From NCBI GenBank assembly GCA_045805345.1, contig JBJMLK010000141.1, forward strand, positions 1 through 58,684: a stretch of DNA of 58,684 nt. The letters are read 5' to 3'. This stretch comes from Thermoleophilaceae bacterium. Lineage in GTDB: Bacteria > Actinomycetota > Thermoleophilia > Solirubrobacterales > Thermoleophilaceae. The notes below the pieces were generated by a model that was not told the DNA's origin, searched no databases, and saw only the letters and a program-made list of their open reading frames with translations. The translations under genes and the position numbers were made by a program. Of the stretch, positions 1 through 8,404 are shown piece by piece (the stretch's first letter is position 1; every line of letters starts with the position of its first letter).

Positions 1-39
1 ACGAGGCCTGCGCGATCGACTGAGCGAGGCCCCAGTTCA

Positions 40-54
40 CATACCGTCGGTATG
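40..54. promoter_or_regulatory. 15-bp perfect palindrome CATACCG-T-CGGTATG overlapping the TetR start codon (candidate autoregulatory operator)
   Basis: Read directly from the sequence at 40..54. The ATG of the TetR ORF (52) lies inside the right half-site. A TANNNT-like hexamer TACCGT sits at 42..47. Confidence 0.35.
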
Positions 55-693
55 CCTCACACCGGCGCGGCCTATCATCGACCCGTGCCAGAGACCACCC
101 AGGTGAAGAGCCTGAAGGCCGAGCACGCCGAGGCCACGCGGTCGGCCCTCATCGGATCGGCGCGCACGCTCTTCGCCGAGCGCGCCTACGCCGCGGTGAG
201 CATCGAGGAGATCGTCCGCTCGGCCCGTGTCACGCGCGGCGCGCTGTACCACCACTTCGAGGACAAGGCCGACCTGTTCCGCGCGGTTTTCGAGAGCGTT
301 CAGCAGGACCTGGCGCGGCGGCTGCTGGAGGCGGCGTCGTCGCAGCCCGACGAGTCGAAGCACCTCGAGATCGGCTGCCACGCCTTCCTCGACGCCTGCG
401 CCGAGCCGGACGTCCAGCGCATCGTGCTCCTCGACGGGCCGGCCGTGATGGGCTGGGAGGCCTGGCACGAGAGCGACGTGAACTTCGGGCTCGGACTGCT
501 GCGCCGCTCGATCCAGGCGGGGATCGCGGGCGGCGCCGTGGAGCGCCAGCCCGTCGGCCCACTGTCGCACCTCCTGCTCGGCGCGCTGAACGGATGCGGT
601 CTGGAGATCGCCCGCTCGAGCGACCCCGCGCGGGCCAAGCGCGAGATGCGCAAGGCGGTGGACCGGCTGCTGGCCGGCTTGCGCCCGCGCTGA
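52..693 (+). CDS. TetR/AcrR family transcriptional regulator
   Basis: The N-terminal HTH block RSALIGSARTLFAERAYAAVSIEEIVRSARVTRGALYHHFEDKADLF is typical of TetR family proteins. Confidence 0.9.
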   Translation: MPHTGAAYHRPVPETTQVKSLKAEHAEATRSALIGSARTLFAERAYAAVSIEEIVRSARVTRGALYHHFEDKADLFRAVFESVQQDLARRLLEAASSQPDESKHLEIGCHAFLDACAEPDVQRIVLLDGPAVMGWEAWHESDVNFGLGLLRRSIQAGIAGGAVERQPVGPLSHLLLGALNGCGLEIARSSDPARAKREMRKAVDRLLAGLRPR

Positions 694-1352
694 TGGCGGC
701 GCCGAGCGACGCCCCCACGGTCGACTCGCTCGCGGTGGCCGACGACGCGGACGCGTGGCGCGCGGTCGGCTTCGACGTGGACGACGACGGCACATGCCGC
801 GTCGGGACGGTCACGGTGCGCATCGCGCCGCCCGACGGCCGCCCCGGCATCCGCGGCTGGTCGGTGCGCGGGCTGGCGACGGCCGAGGTCGACGGCCTGC
901 CGACCGAGCTGTCCGGCGCGCCCGCCGCCGAGCCCGCTCCGCGACACCCGAACGGCGTGGCCACGATCGACCACCTCGTGGCCTTCACGCCCGATCGCGC
1001 ACGCACCGCGGCGGCGCTCGAACGAGCCGGGCTGCGCCTGCGGCGCATGCGCGACGAGCCGACGCCCGCCGGCGGCGGCTTCCAGGCGTTCTTCCGGCTC
1101 GGCGAGGTGATCCTCGAGGTGATCGAGATCGCCCCCGACGCCCCGCGCGCCCCCGAGCCCGACGCCCCCGCGCGGTTCTGGGGTCTCGCGTTCGGCGTGG
1201 ACTCGCTCGAGCGCGCCACCGAGCTGCTCGGCGAAGGCCTGAGCGAGCCGCGCGACGCCGTCCAGCCCGGCCGGCGGATCGCCACGCTGCGGCGGTCGGC
1301 CGGCGTGGGCATCCCGATGGCGTTCATGACCCCGGGCCCGGGCGCGACGTGA
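693..1352 (+). CDS. VOC/glyoxalase-like domain protein
   Basis: An in-frame ATG at 693 overlaps the TetR stop (TGATG). Contains the blocks HPNGVATIDHLVAFTPD and FFRLGEVILEVIE. The first 33 codons of ORF 594..1352 overlap TetR and were discounted. Confidence 0.7.
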   Translation: MAAPSDAPTVDSLAVADDADAWRAVGFDVDDDGTCRVGTVTVRIAPPDGRPGIRGWSVRGLATAEVDGLPTELSGAPAAEPAPRHPNGVATIDHLVAFTPDRARTAAALERAGLRLRRMRDEPTPAGGGFQAFFRLGEVILEVIEIAPDAPRAPEPDAPARFWGLAFGVDSLERATELLGEGLSEPRDAVQPGRRIATLRRSAGVGIPMAFMTPGPGAT

Positions 1353-2047
1353 GCCCCCGGCCGCGGCTGGTGCTCTGGGACGTGGACGGCACGCTCGTTG
1401 ACGCTGCGCGGCTCGGCCGCGACGCGTTCTTCGAGGCGTTCGAGGCCGTCACCGGCCACCCGCCGACCGGCATGGTCCCGTTCGCCGGCCGCACCGACCT
1501 GGAGATCGCCCACGACATGCTCGCCGCCTCGGGCGTCGACTCCGGCGAGGACCTGCTGGACCGGTTCGAGGAGGCGCTCGTCGAGGCGATGGCCGCTCGG
1601 ATGGAGCAGCTCGAGGCGCGCGGCCGCGCGCTGCCGGGCGCCGAGGCGGTGCTCGCTCGGCTTCAGCACGAGGAGGGGGTGGTGCAGTCGCTCCTGACGG
1701 GCAACGTGGAGCGCAACGCGCTGCTCAAGCTCGCGGCGTTCGGGCTCGCGCCGTACGTGGACTTCGCCGCGGGGGCGTACGGCTCCGACCACCGCGTGCG
1801 CGGCGAGCTCGTGGCGATCGCTCGCGAGCGCGCCTCGCGCCGGCACGGGATCGAGCTCGCGGCCGACGACGTGGTGCTGGTGGGCGACACGCCGCTCGAC
1901 GTGGCCGCCGCGCGCGAGGGCGGTGCACGCGCAGTCGGCGTGGCGACCGGTCCCTACGACGAGCCCGCGCTGGCCGCGGCGGGCGCCGACGCGGTGCTGG
2001 CCGACCTGCGCGACACTGAGGCCGTGGTGCGCGAGGTGCTGGCGTGA
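1349..2047 (+). CDS. HAD-superfamily hydrolase (phosphoglycolate phosphatase-like)
   Basis: A GTG at 1349 overlaps the upstream stop (GTGA). HAD motif I is LWDVDGTLVD and motif IV is VLVGDTPLDV. Start position was obtained by counting residues back from the ORF end. Confidence 0.85.
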   Translation: MSPRPRLVLWDVDGTLVDAARLGRDAFFEAFEAVTGHPPTGMVPFAGRTDLEIAHDMLAASGVDSGEDLLDRFEEALVEAMAARMEQLEARGRALPGAEAVLARLQHEEGVVQSLLTGNVERNALLKLAAFGLAPYVDFAAGAYGSDHRVRGELVAIARERASRRHGIELAADDVVLVGDTPLDVAAAREGGARAVGVATGPYDEPALAAAGADAVLADLRDTEAVVREVLA

Positions 2048-2454
2048 ACAGGGAGCGCAAGCGGCGGGCGAGCACGTGGCTGACGACCCGCGTGGTGAAC
2101 CCGATGGTGCGCCGGCTGCTGGAGCACGGGCTGGCGCCGAGGAGCGTGGCGCTGCTCGAGACGACGGGCCGCAGGAGCGGCCAGCCGCGCCGCACGCCCG
2201 TCGGCAACGGCCTGCGTGGCAAGGAGTTCTGGATCGTGACCGAGCACGGGCGCCGCGCCGCCTACGTGAGGAACATCGAGGCGGACCCGCGCGTGCGCGT
2301 GAAGGTCGGCCGGCGCTGGCACGCCGGGAGTGCCCATGTGCTCGAGGACGACGACCCGTACGAGCGGATGCGCAAGCTGGGCCGGCCCGCCAACGACACG
2401 CTCGTGCGACTGGTCGGCACCGAGCACCTGGTCATCCGGGTCGACCTGGACTAG
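2044..2454 (+). CDS. DUF385 / deazaflavin (F420H2)-dependent nitroreductase family protein
   Basis: 136 aa with the blocks LLETTGRRSGQPRRTPV and WIVTEHGRRAAYVRNIEADPRVRV, characteristic of the actinobacterial DUF385 split beta-barrel family. The start overlaps the HAD stop. Confidence 0.8.
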   Translation: MNRERKRRASTWLTTRVVNPMVRRLLEHGLAPRSVALLETTGRRSGQPRRTPVGNGLRGKEFWIVTEHGRRAAYVRNIEADPRVRVKVGRRWHAGSAHVLEDDDPYERMRKLGRPANDTLVRLVGTEHLVIRVDLD

Positions 2455-3314
2455 ATCGCCGTCTGCGGCGGCGCCTCGCCCACGCGCCAGCCGCGGTGCA
2501 TCATCGCCGTCGTGAACGGGAGCGCCGGCGGGCCGTCGGCCGCCAGGGCGATCACGCCGCCGCTCCCGCCGTGGGCGCCCACGCGCTCGCGCAGCACCCG
2601 CTCGGCGGCCTCGGCGAGCGGCACGCCGTCGCTGGCCAGTCGCGCGATCTCGTACGCGGCCACCGCGCGGATGACGGCCTCGCCGTCGCCGGTGGCCGAC
2701 ACGGCGCAGCGCTCGTCCGCGTAGGTCCCGGCGCCGAGCAGCGGCGAGTCGCCCACGCGCCCGGGAAGCTGGCCGCGCACACCGCCGGTCGACGTCGCCG
2801 CAGCGAGCGTCCCATCCGCGCCGCGCGCCACCGCTCCCACGGTCCCGCCGCCCGCGGTCTCCGGGGCCGCCGCGCGCGCCAGCCGGTCGCGCTCGCGCGT
2901 GACCACGAACCAGTCGGGCTTCATCGTCTCGAGGTCCCACTCCACCGCCAGCGCCTCGGCCCCGCGGCCGGCGATCAGAACGTGCGGCGTGCGCTCCATC
3001 ACGCCGCGCGCCAGCCGCACCGCGTTGCGCACGCGGGTGACGCACGCCACGGCCCCCGCGCCGGCCGCGCTCGCGATCGCGGCGTCCATCTCCACGCGCC
3101 CGTCGGCCGTGAGCACTGAGCCTCGCCCGGCGTTGAAGAGCGGCGCGTCCTCGAGCAGCTCGACGGCGGCCTGGACCGCGTCGAGCGGGCCGCCGGCGCC
3201 GAGCGCCCGCCAGCCCGCGTCGAGTGCGGCGCCCAGCGCGTCGCGATACGGAGCCTCGTCCCGCGGCGCTCGCGGCCCGGCGCCGCCGTGCACCGCTAGC
3301 GCGGGCTCGGCCAC
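2451..3314 (-). CDS. Isoaspartyl peptidase / L-asparaginase (Ntn hydrolase, plant-type asparaginase family)
   Basis: Motifs LAVHGGAG, LFNAGRGS, an autoprocessing-site-like GGGTVGAVA, and GDSPLLGAGTYA. Confidence 0.9.
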   Translation of the reverse strand: MAEPALAVHGGAGPRAPRDEAPYRDALGAALDAGWRALGAGGPLDAVQAAVELLEDAPLFNAGRGSVLTADGRVEMDAAIASAAGAGAVACVTRVRNAVRLARGVMERTPHVLIAGRGAEALAVEWDLETMKPDWFVVTRERDRLARAAAPETAGGGTVGAVARGADGTLAAATSTGGVRGQLPGRVGDSPLLGAGTYADERCAVSATGDGEAVIRAVAAYEIARLASDGVPLAEAAERVLRERVGAHGGSGGVIALAADGPPALPFTTAMMHRGWRVGEAPPQTAI

Positions 3315-3321
3315 CGCCCGG

Positions 3322-4254
3322 CTACGACTCGGTCTCGCCGTTGGACGAGCCGGCGGACGCGACGGCGGCCAGCATCTCGTCGGCGAGCCGCGCGCCGTCG
3401 CCCGGGTCCTGCGGCGTGGCGGTGATCCGCACCACCATCTCGTCGCCGACCATCTCCTGCACCTCCACGTCGGGGCGGCGGCGCGTGGGCACGTCGATCT
3501 TGTCCTCGAGCAGCTCCTGCACGGCGCTCGGCCGCACGTCGAGTGGGAAGCGCGCGCGCAGGTTCACCGCGTTCGGCTCGCGGATCGGGATGATCGCCAC
3601 CTGGAGCACGATGCTGTTCGGCACGAGGATCGTGTCGGCGCCCGACACGAGCGACGTGTAGAGCAGCCCGAGCGAGCTGACGATCCCCTCGATGTCGCCG
3701 ACCGGCCCGCCCTGCAGCCGGATCCGGTCGCCGACGCGGAACGGCCGGGCGCTGATCAGGACGGTGCCGGCGATCAGGTTGCCGAGCGTCTGCTGCGCCG
3801 CCAGACCGAAGACCACCGCGGTCACCGCGCCGCCGATCGCCAGCGTGCGCGCCTCGATCCCGGCGATCCGCAGCGCCACCAGCAGCGCGAGCGTGATCGC
3901 CGACAGCCGGATCAGGAAGCCGACGGTGCCCGCCGTGCCCGGGTCGAGGCGGCGGAACAGGGACGGCCCGAGCGCGCGCCCCGCCGAGCGGGCGAACACC
4001 CAGCCCAGCACCACGAGCACCACCACGGTGATGACCTTCACGAGGTCGCCGGCCGCGCCGGGGAAGAGGTCCTTGCGATGGTTGTAGGCGATCACCGCGC
4101 CCACGATGAGCGGCAGGTAGACGATCGCCTGGAGGCGCGCGCGGCTCGCCTCGCGGCGCTCAATCTCGCGCTCCAGCCCGGCTTCGCGCCAGGCGTGCGT
4201 GCGCGTCTCGAACAGCTCGCTCGGATTGAGGTCCCGTCGCCCTCGCAGTCGCAT
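3322..4254 (-). CDS. Mechanosensitive ion channel (MscS family)
   Basis: An internal ATG at 4254 (MRLRGRR...) precedes transmembrane helices and the MscS signature QQTLGNLIAGTVLISARPFRVGDRI. The upstream part of ORF 3322..4785 is off-frame-looking and overlaps the CBS gene. Confidence 0.85.
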   Translation of the reverse strand: MRLRGRRDLNPSELFETRTHAWREAGLEREIERREASRARLQAIVYLPLIVGAVIAYNHRKDLFPGAAGDLVKVITVVVLVVLGWVFARSAGRALGPSLFRRLDPGTAGTVGFLIRLSAITLALLVALRIAGIEARTLAIGGAVTAVVFGLAAQQTLGNLIAGTVLISARPFRVGDRIRLQGGPVGDIEGIVSSLGLLYTSLVSGADTILVPNSIVLQVAIIPIREPNAVNLRARFPLDVRPSAVQELLEDKIDVPTRRRPDVEVQEMVGDEMVVRITATPQDPGDGARLADEMLAAVASAGSSNGETES

Positions 4255-4335
4255 GGCGAACACACATATCAGCACCCCGCTCCGGGTAACCGTGACAGAG
4301 GCAACGCAAGGGTCACGCAAGGGAGGCACAACCGC

Positions 4336-4755
4336 ATGGCAGACACGATTCGCGACCTCATGTCCGAGAGCCCCGCGAAGGTCGAGCCGTCCGACAGCGT
4401 CGAGGACGCGGCGAAGAAGATGCGCGAGAACGACGTCGGCGCGCTGCTCGTCGTGGAGGACGAGGAGCTGAAGGGCATCGTCACCGACCGCGACATCGTC
4501 ATCAAGGCCGTGGCCGAGGGCGACAAGCCGGGCAAGGCGAAGGTCGAGGACGTCTGCACCGCGGACACGACCTCGATCGAGCCCGACGCCAGCGTCGACG
4601 ACGCGATCAAGAAGATGCGCGAGGCCGACGTCCGGCGGCTGCCGGTGGTCGAGGACGGCAAGCCGGTCGGGATCGTCTCGCTGGGCGACCTCGCCATCGA
4701 GCGCGACGAGAACTCCGCGCTCGCTGACATCAGCGCGGCGTCGCCGAACAACTAG
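4336..4755 (+). CDS. CBS-pair domain protein (stand-alone, about 139 aa)
   Basis: Two CBS repeats: VGALLVVEDEELKGIVTDRDIV and VRRLPVVEDGKPVGIVSLGDL. A Shine-Dalgarno AAGGGAGG lies about 9 nt upstream of the ATG. Confidence 0.9.
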   Translation: MADTIRDLMSESPAKVEPSDSVEDAAKKMRENDVGALLVVEDEELKGIVTDRDIVIKAVAEGDKPGKAKVEDVCTADTTSIEPDASVDDAIKKMREADVRRLPVVEDGKPVGIVSLGDLAIERDENSALADISAASPNN

Positions 4756-4790
4756 GCCGTGCCCTAGAGGTCGTCTAGCCTCCACTCGCG

Positions 4791-6404
4791 ATGTGGAGGC
4801 GGATCGTGATAGGCGCGCTGGCGCTCGTCCTCCTGGGGGCGGCGCCGGCGTCCGCGCGTGAGCTGTCGTTCCTGCGGGTGGGCAGGCCGATGCCGGGCAC
4901 CGAGGTGCCGCGGATCGTCGACTCCTACGGCCGCACGGTCCTGCTCAAGGGCGTGAACGTGGACGGCATCGTCGACTACTGGGATGCCGACGAGAAGAAC
5001 CCGCCGCCGCCCCAGAAGCTGAGGCCGCCGTACCCGAGCGACCCGGCGCGCTACGCCGGCGGCCGCTGCCCGGCGGACAACACGCGGGTGGAGGGCGTCG
5101 TGGCGTGCGAGTTCGACTTCGCTCAGATGCGCGGGCTCGGCTACGACGTGGTGCGCCTCAACCTCTCTTGGAGCCTGCTCGAGCCGCAGCCGGGCAAGAT
5201 CGACCGCCGCTACGTCGATCGCATCGCACAGGTGGTGCGCTGGGCGAAGAAGCGCGGTCTGTACGTGGTGCTCGACATGCACCAGGACGCGTGGAGCAAG
5301 TACGTCTACACGCGCGGCGAGCCGTGCACCGGCGACCTCCAGCCGATCCGCGGCTTCGACGGCGCGCCGCTCTGGGCGAGCAGGTACACGTCACCGGCCT
5401 GCGCGGCGCACGGCGTGCGCGAGCTCGACCCGGCCGTGGCCGAGCAGTTCCAGAAGTTCTGGGCCAACGCCGGCGGGCTGCAGGACCACTACACGAACGT
5501 GCTCGTGGCGCTCGCCAAGCGCTTCAGCAGCGAGCCGGCGGTGGCCGGCTACGAGCTTATGAACGAGCCGCAGCCCGGCGTCAACGCGGCGCCGGGCGAG
5601 TCGGACGCCACCGAGCTGTTCCCGTACTGGGGCCGCGCGGTGGACAGCGTGGTGGCGCGCGTGAAGGGCTTCCGGCAGCTGTTCTTCGTCGAGCCGAACG
5701 TCGAGCGCAACGTGACCGACACGCGCGAGGCGCCGCCGGCGCCGTGGTCCGCCTACAGCTCGTACAAGCACGTCGTCTACGCGCCGCACGTGTACACGGG
5801 CGTGTTCACGGCCGACCAGGAGGTGGCGTCGCAGCGCTTCCAGCCGATGGTGCAGGGCTACCAGGCGGTGCAGGACGACGCGCGCGCGCTCGGGCTTCCG
5901 CTGTGGATAGGCGAGTTCGGCAACAACCCGAGCGACGACGACACGCTGCTGGCCGAGCACTACGCGCTCCAGGACTACTACCTACTCGGCGGCGCGCTGT
6001 GGCTCTGGAAGGAGAACGCGAACGACACCAACCCCAACTTCTTCTGGGGGGTGTATGGGCCGCCGTTCGGCCGCGGCGTCCCGCAGGCCAAGCGCGTGCT
6101 GCTCACCGCGCGCGCCACCCCGATCGCGACGGCCGGCAACCTCCAGACCGTGAGCTACGCCCCGCGCAAGCGGCGCTTCGACATCCAGGCGCTCACCGGC
6201 GCGCGCGTTCGCTGCGGCGACCGCAAGCACGCCACGCTGGTGTTCGTGCCGCGCCACGTGAAGGTCAAGGTCCAGCACGCGCGGATGCAGAGCTTCAAGC
6301 GGGCCGGCGGCCACGACGTGTACGTGTACCCGGACGGTGGGCACGGGGGTCACTACCGCATCGCGTCGAATCACGGTAGAAAGCGCACATGCCCAAAGAA
6401 ATAG
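4791..6404 (+). CDS. Secreted glycoside hydrolase family 5 (endoglycoceramidase-like)
   Basis: Signal peptide MWRRIVIGALALVLLGAAPASA. GH5 blocks VVRLNLSWSLLEPQPG, YVVLDMHQDAWS, acid/base YELMNEPQPG and nucleophile LWIGEFG. Confidence 0.85.
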   Translation: MWRRIVIGALALVLLGAAPASARELSFLRVGRPMPGTEVPRIVDSYGRTVLLKGVNVDGIVDYWDADEKNPPPPQKLRPPYPSDPARYAGGRCPADNTRVEGVVACEFDFAQMRGLGYDVVRLNLSWSLLEPQPGKIDRRYVDRIAQVVRWAKKRGLYVVLDMHQDAWSKYVYTRGEPCTGDLQPIRGFDGAPLWASRYTSPACAAHGVRELDPAVAEQFQKFWANAGGLQDHYTNVLVALAKRFSSEPAVAGYELMNEPQPGVNAAPGESDATELFPYWGRAVDSVVARVKGFRQLFFVEPNVERNVTDTREAPPAPWSAYSSYKHVVYAPHVYTGVFTADQEVASQRFQPMVQGYQAVQDDARALGLPLWIGEFGNNPSDDDTLLAEHYALQDYYLLGGALWLWKENANDTNPNFFWGVYGPPFGRGVPQAKRVLLTARATPIATAGNLQTVSYAPRKRRFDIQALTGARVRCGDRKHATLVFVPRHVKVKVQHARMQSFKRAGGHDVYVYPDGGHGGHYRIASNHGRKRTCPKK

Positions 6405-6970
6405 TCCCCGGCGTCCTGCACTGGACCGCCGAGCACCCCAACATCAAGACGGAGGTGAGCTCGTACTTCGTCACGAGCTCGGCCACGCTGATCGACCCGC
6501 TGAACCCGGGCGGCGAGGACCTCGAGCCCGAGCGCATCGTGATGACCACGCGCCACCACCTGCGCTCGTGTGCCGACTACGACTGCCCGATCCTCTGCCA
6601 CAGCTCCGGCCTCCACGAGTTCGCGGACGGGCCCGACGTGCAGGGGTTCGAGTGGGGCGACGAGCTGGCGCCCGGCGTGACGGCGGTCGAGGTCGACGCG
6701 ATCTCGCCCGACGAGACCGGCCTGCTGATCGACGCGGGCGACGGATGCCTCGTGATCGGTGATGCGCTGATGCACTACGAGGAGCCGATCCATTTCGTGC
6801 CCGACCAGTACCTGGTGGACGAGGGCGACGACCCCGAGCCCGTGAAGGTTGCGATCAAGGAGGCGTTCGGGAAGCTGCTCGACCTCCCGTTCGACAACCT
6901 GCTGTTCGCGCACGGGACGCCCCTGGTGGGCGGCGGCAAGGAGGCCCTGCGACGTTTCGTCGAGGGCTAG
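6389..6970 (+). CDS. Hypothetical protein, weak MBL-fold-like
   Basis: 193-aa ORF with good coding character. The start overlaps the GH5 stop by 16 nt. The canonical HxHxDH motif is not evident (RHHLRS instead), so the family call is tentative. Confidence 0.4.
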   Translation: MPKEIVPGVLHWTAEHPNIKTEVSSYFVTSSATLIDPLNPGGEDLEPERIVMTTRHHLRSCADYDCPILCHSSGLHEFADGPDVQGFEWGDELAPGVTAVEVDAISPDETGLLIDAGDGCLVIGDALMHYEEPIHFVPDQYLVDEGDDPEPVKVAIKEAFGKLLDLPFDNLLFAHGTPLVGGGKEALRRFVEG

Positions 6971-7002
6971 CCGTACTCGCCGCGCTCGCGGCGCTGCCGC
7001 CC

Positions 7003-8138
7003 GTGCCGGCGCACTGGCCGGGGCACGTGGGCCTCGGGCTCACCGACTCGCCCGGCGGCGCGAAGGCGCTGCACAGGAGCATCCCGCAGCTCGACTTCCG
7101 CTACCAGTACCTGGCCGGCGGCGTGAACACCGGCGAGGGCTGGCGGACGTGGAACGAGAACGGCACGTTCGTGGACCGCTACATCGGCGAGACAGAGAAG
7201 AACCTGATGACGCCGGTCTTCAGCTACTACATGATCCGCCAGTCGCTGCCGGGTCGCGATGACGGCGACGAGCCCCATGCGGTGCTCTCGAACCTGCGCA
7301 ACGCGGCGACGATGAAGGCCTGGCTCGGCGACCTGCGAGCCTTCCTCGTGCACGCCGGGCGGTTTCCGAAGCGCACTGTGGTGCTCCAGGTGGAGCCGGA
7401 CATGTGGGGCTACGGCGAGCACGCCGCAGGGCACGACGACGCCGCCACCGTGCCGGTGGCGCGCGTGGGCAATCTGGCCGCGCTCGCTCGCCGGGTGGTG
7501 GCGATGCGCGGCAAGCTCGCGCCAACGTGCTGCTGGCCTACCACGCCAGCGAATGGGGCACGGGGGTGGACCTCTCCCTGAACGACCCGTCGCCCGCGGC
7601 GTCGGCCGCGCTGGGTAGGAAGGCAGGGCGGTTCTACCGCTCGCTGGGGGCGCGGTTCGACGTCACGTTCACCGACTGGTCCGACCGCGATGCCGCCTTC
7701 AAGCGCGCGATCTACGGCGCGGGGCCGGAGGCGTGGTGGACGGGCGCCGACCGCACCCGCGTGGTGCGCTTCACGCGCGCGTACTCGCTGAAGGCGCGCC
7801 AGCGCGTGGTGGTCTGGCAGCTGCCGCTGGGCAACACGATCATGCGAGCGATGAACAACAGCTGGGGGCACTACCAGGACAACCACGTGCAGTGGCTGCT
7901 GGGCCGCGACGGCCGCAAGCACCTGCGCGCGCTGCGCGATGCGGGCGCGATCGGCTTCCTGTTCGGCGGCGGCGCCGACGGCACCACGTGCGCCTGCGAC
8001 GCCAGCGGCGACGGCGTAACCAACCCGGCGCCGATCAACGGCAACTCGCGGAGGTCCTACAGCGCCGACGACGACGGCGGGTACTGGCGGCACCAGGCGC
8101 GAGCGTATTACCGCGCGGGCGGTGTGGGCCTCCGCTAG
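7003..8138 (+). pseudogene. Frameshifted glycosyl-hydrolase-like conserved hypothetical gene
   Basis: ORF 7003..7581 (frame 1) and ORF 7404..8138 (frame 3) read as one protein if a single nucleotide is added near 7519..7525 (...VVAMRGKLAP / NVLLAYHASEWGTGVD...). Frame 1 reaches a stop at 7579..7581. There is no canonical start upstream of a signal-peptide-like in-frame stretch. Confidence 0.55.
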
Positions 8139-8177
8139 CGCGGGCGCTCTCCGCGAGCGTGGCCGGCGCCGCCACCG

Positions 8178-8350
8178 CAAACAGCGGCTTTTAGGGGTGG
8201 GACCCGGCGCGGGTCGGTGGTCCCGGGGCCGGGTGGCACGTATTCCGTCAGCATGGCTGACGCTTTGCGTGCCACCCCTGCCGAGCACTGGGGTGGGTCG
8301 CCGAAGAGCCGACCGCGCGCCGCCGTAAATTGCGGGCTTCGGTGGAGCGG
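8178..8350 (+). repeat. Intergenic box-plus-nested-hairpin element, copy A (composite, with a degenerate second unit)
   Basis: Box CAAACAGCGGCTTTTAGGGGTGGG at 8178..8201. Small hairpin GACCCG-GCG-CGGGTC at 8201..8215. Nested hairpin at 8231..8277 (GGGTGGCACG TATTC CGTCAGC ATG GCTGACG CTTTG CGTGCCACCC). A degenerate second unit follows: GGGGTGGGTCG..CGACC at 8290..8314 and a box-like AAATTGCGGGCTTCGGTGGAG at 8327..8347. Confidence 0.6.
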
Positions 8351-8404
8351 AGCGCCGGGGTGGCCCGGGGCGCCGGGGCGTGGGCGCCAGCCGGGGTGCG
8401 GGGC

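Noticed and set aside
6389-6970. A confident call of a metallo-beta-lactamase fold hydrolase.
   Set aside because: The diagnostic HxHxDH motif is not visible (RHHLRS instead). I kept it only as a low-confidence hypothetical protein.
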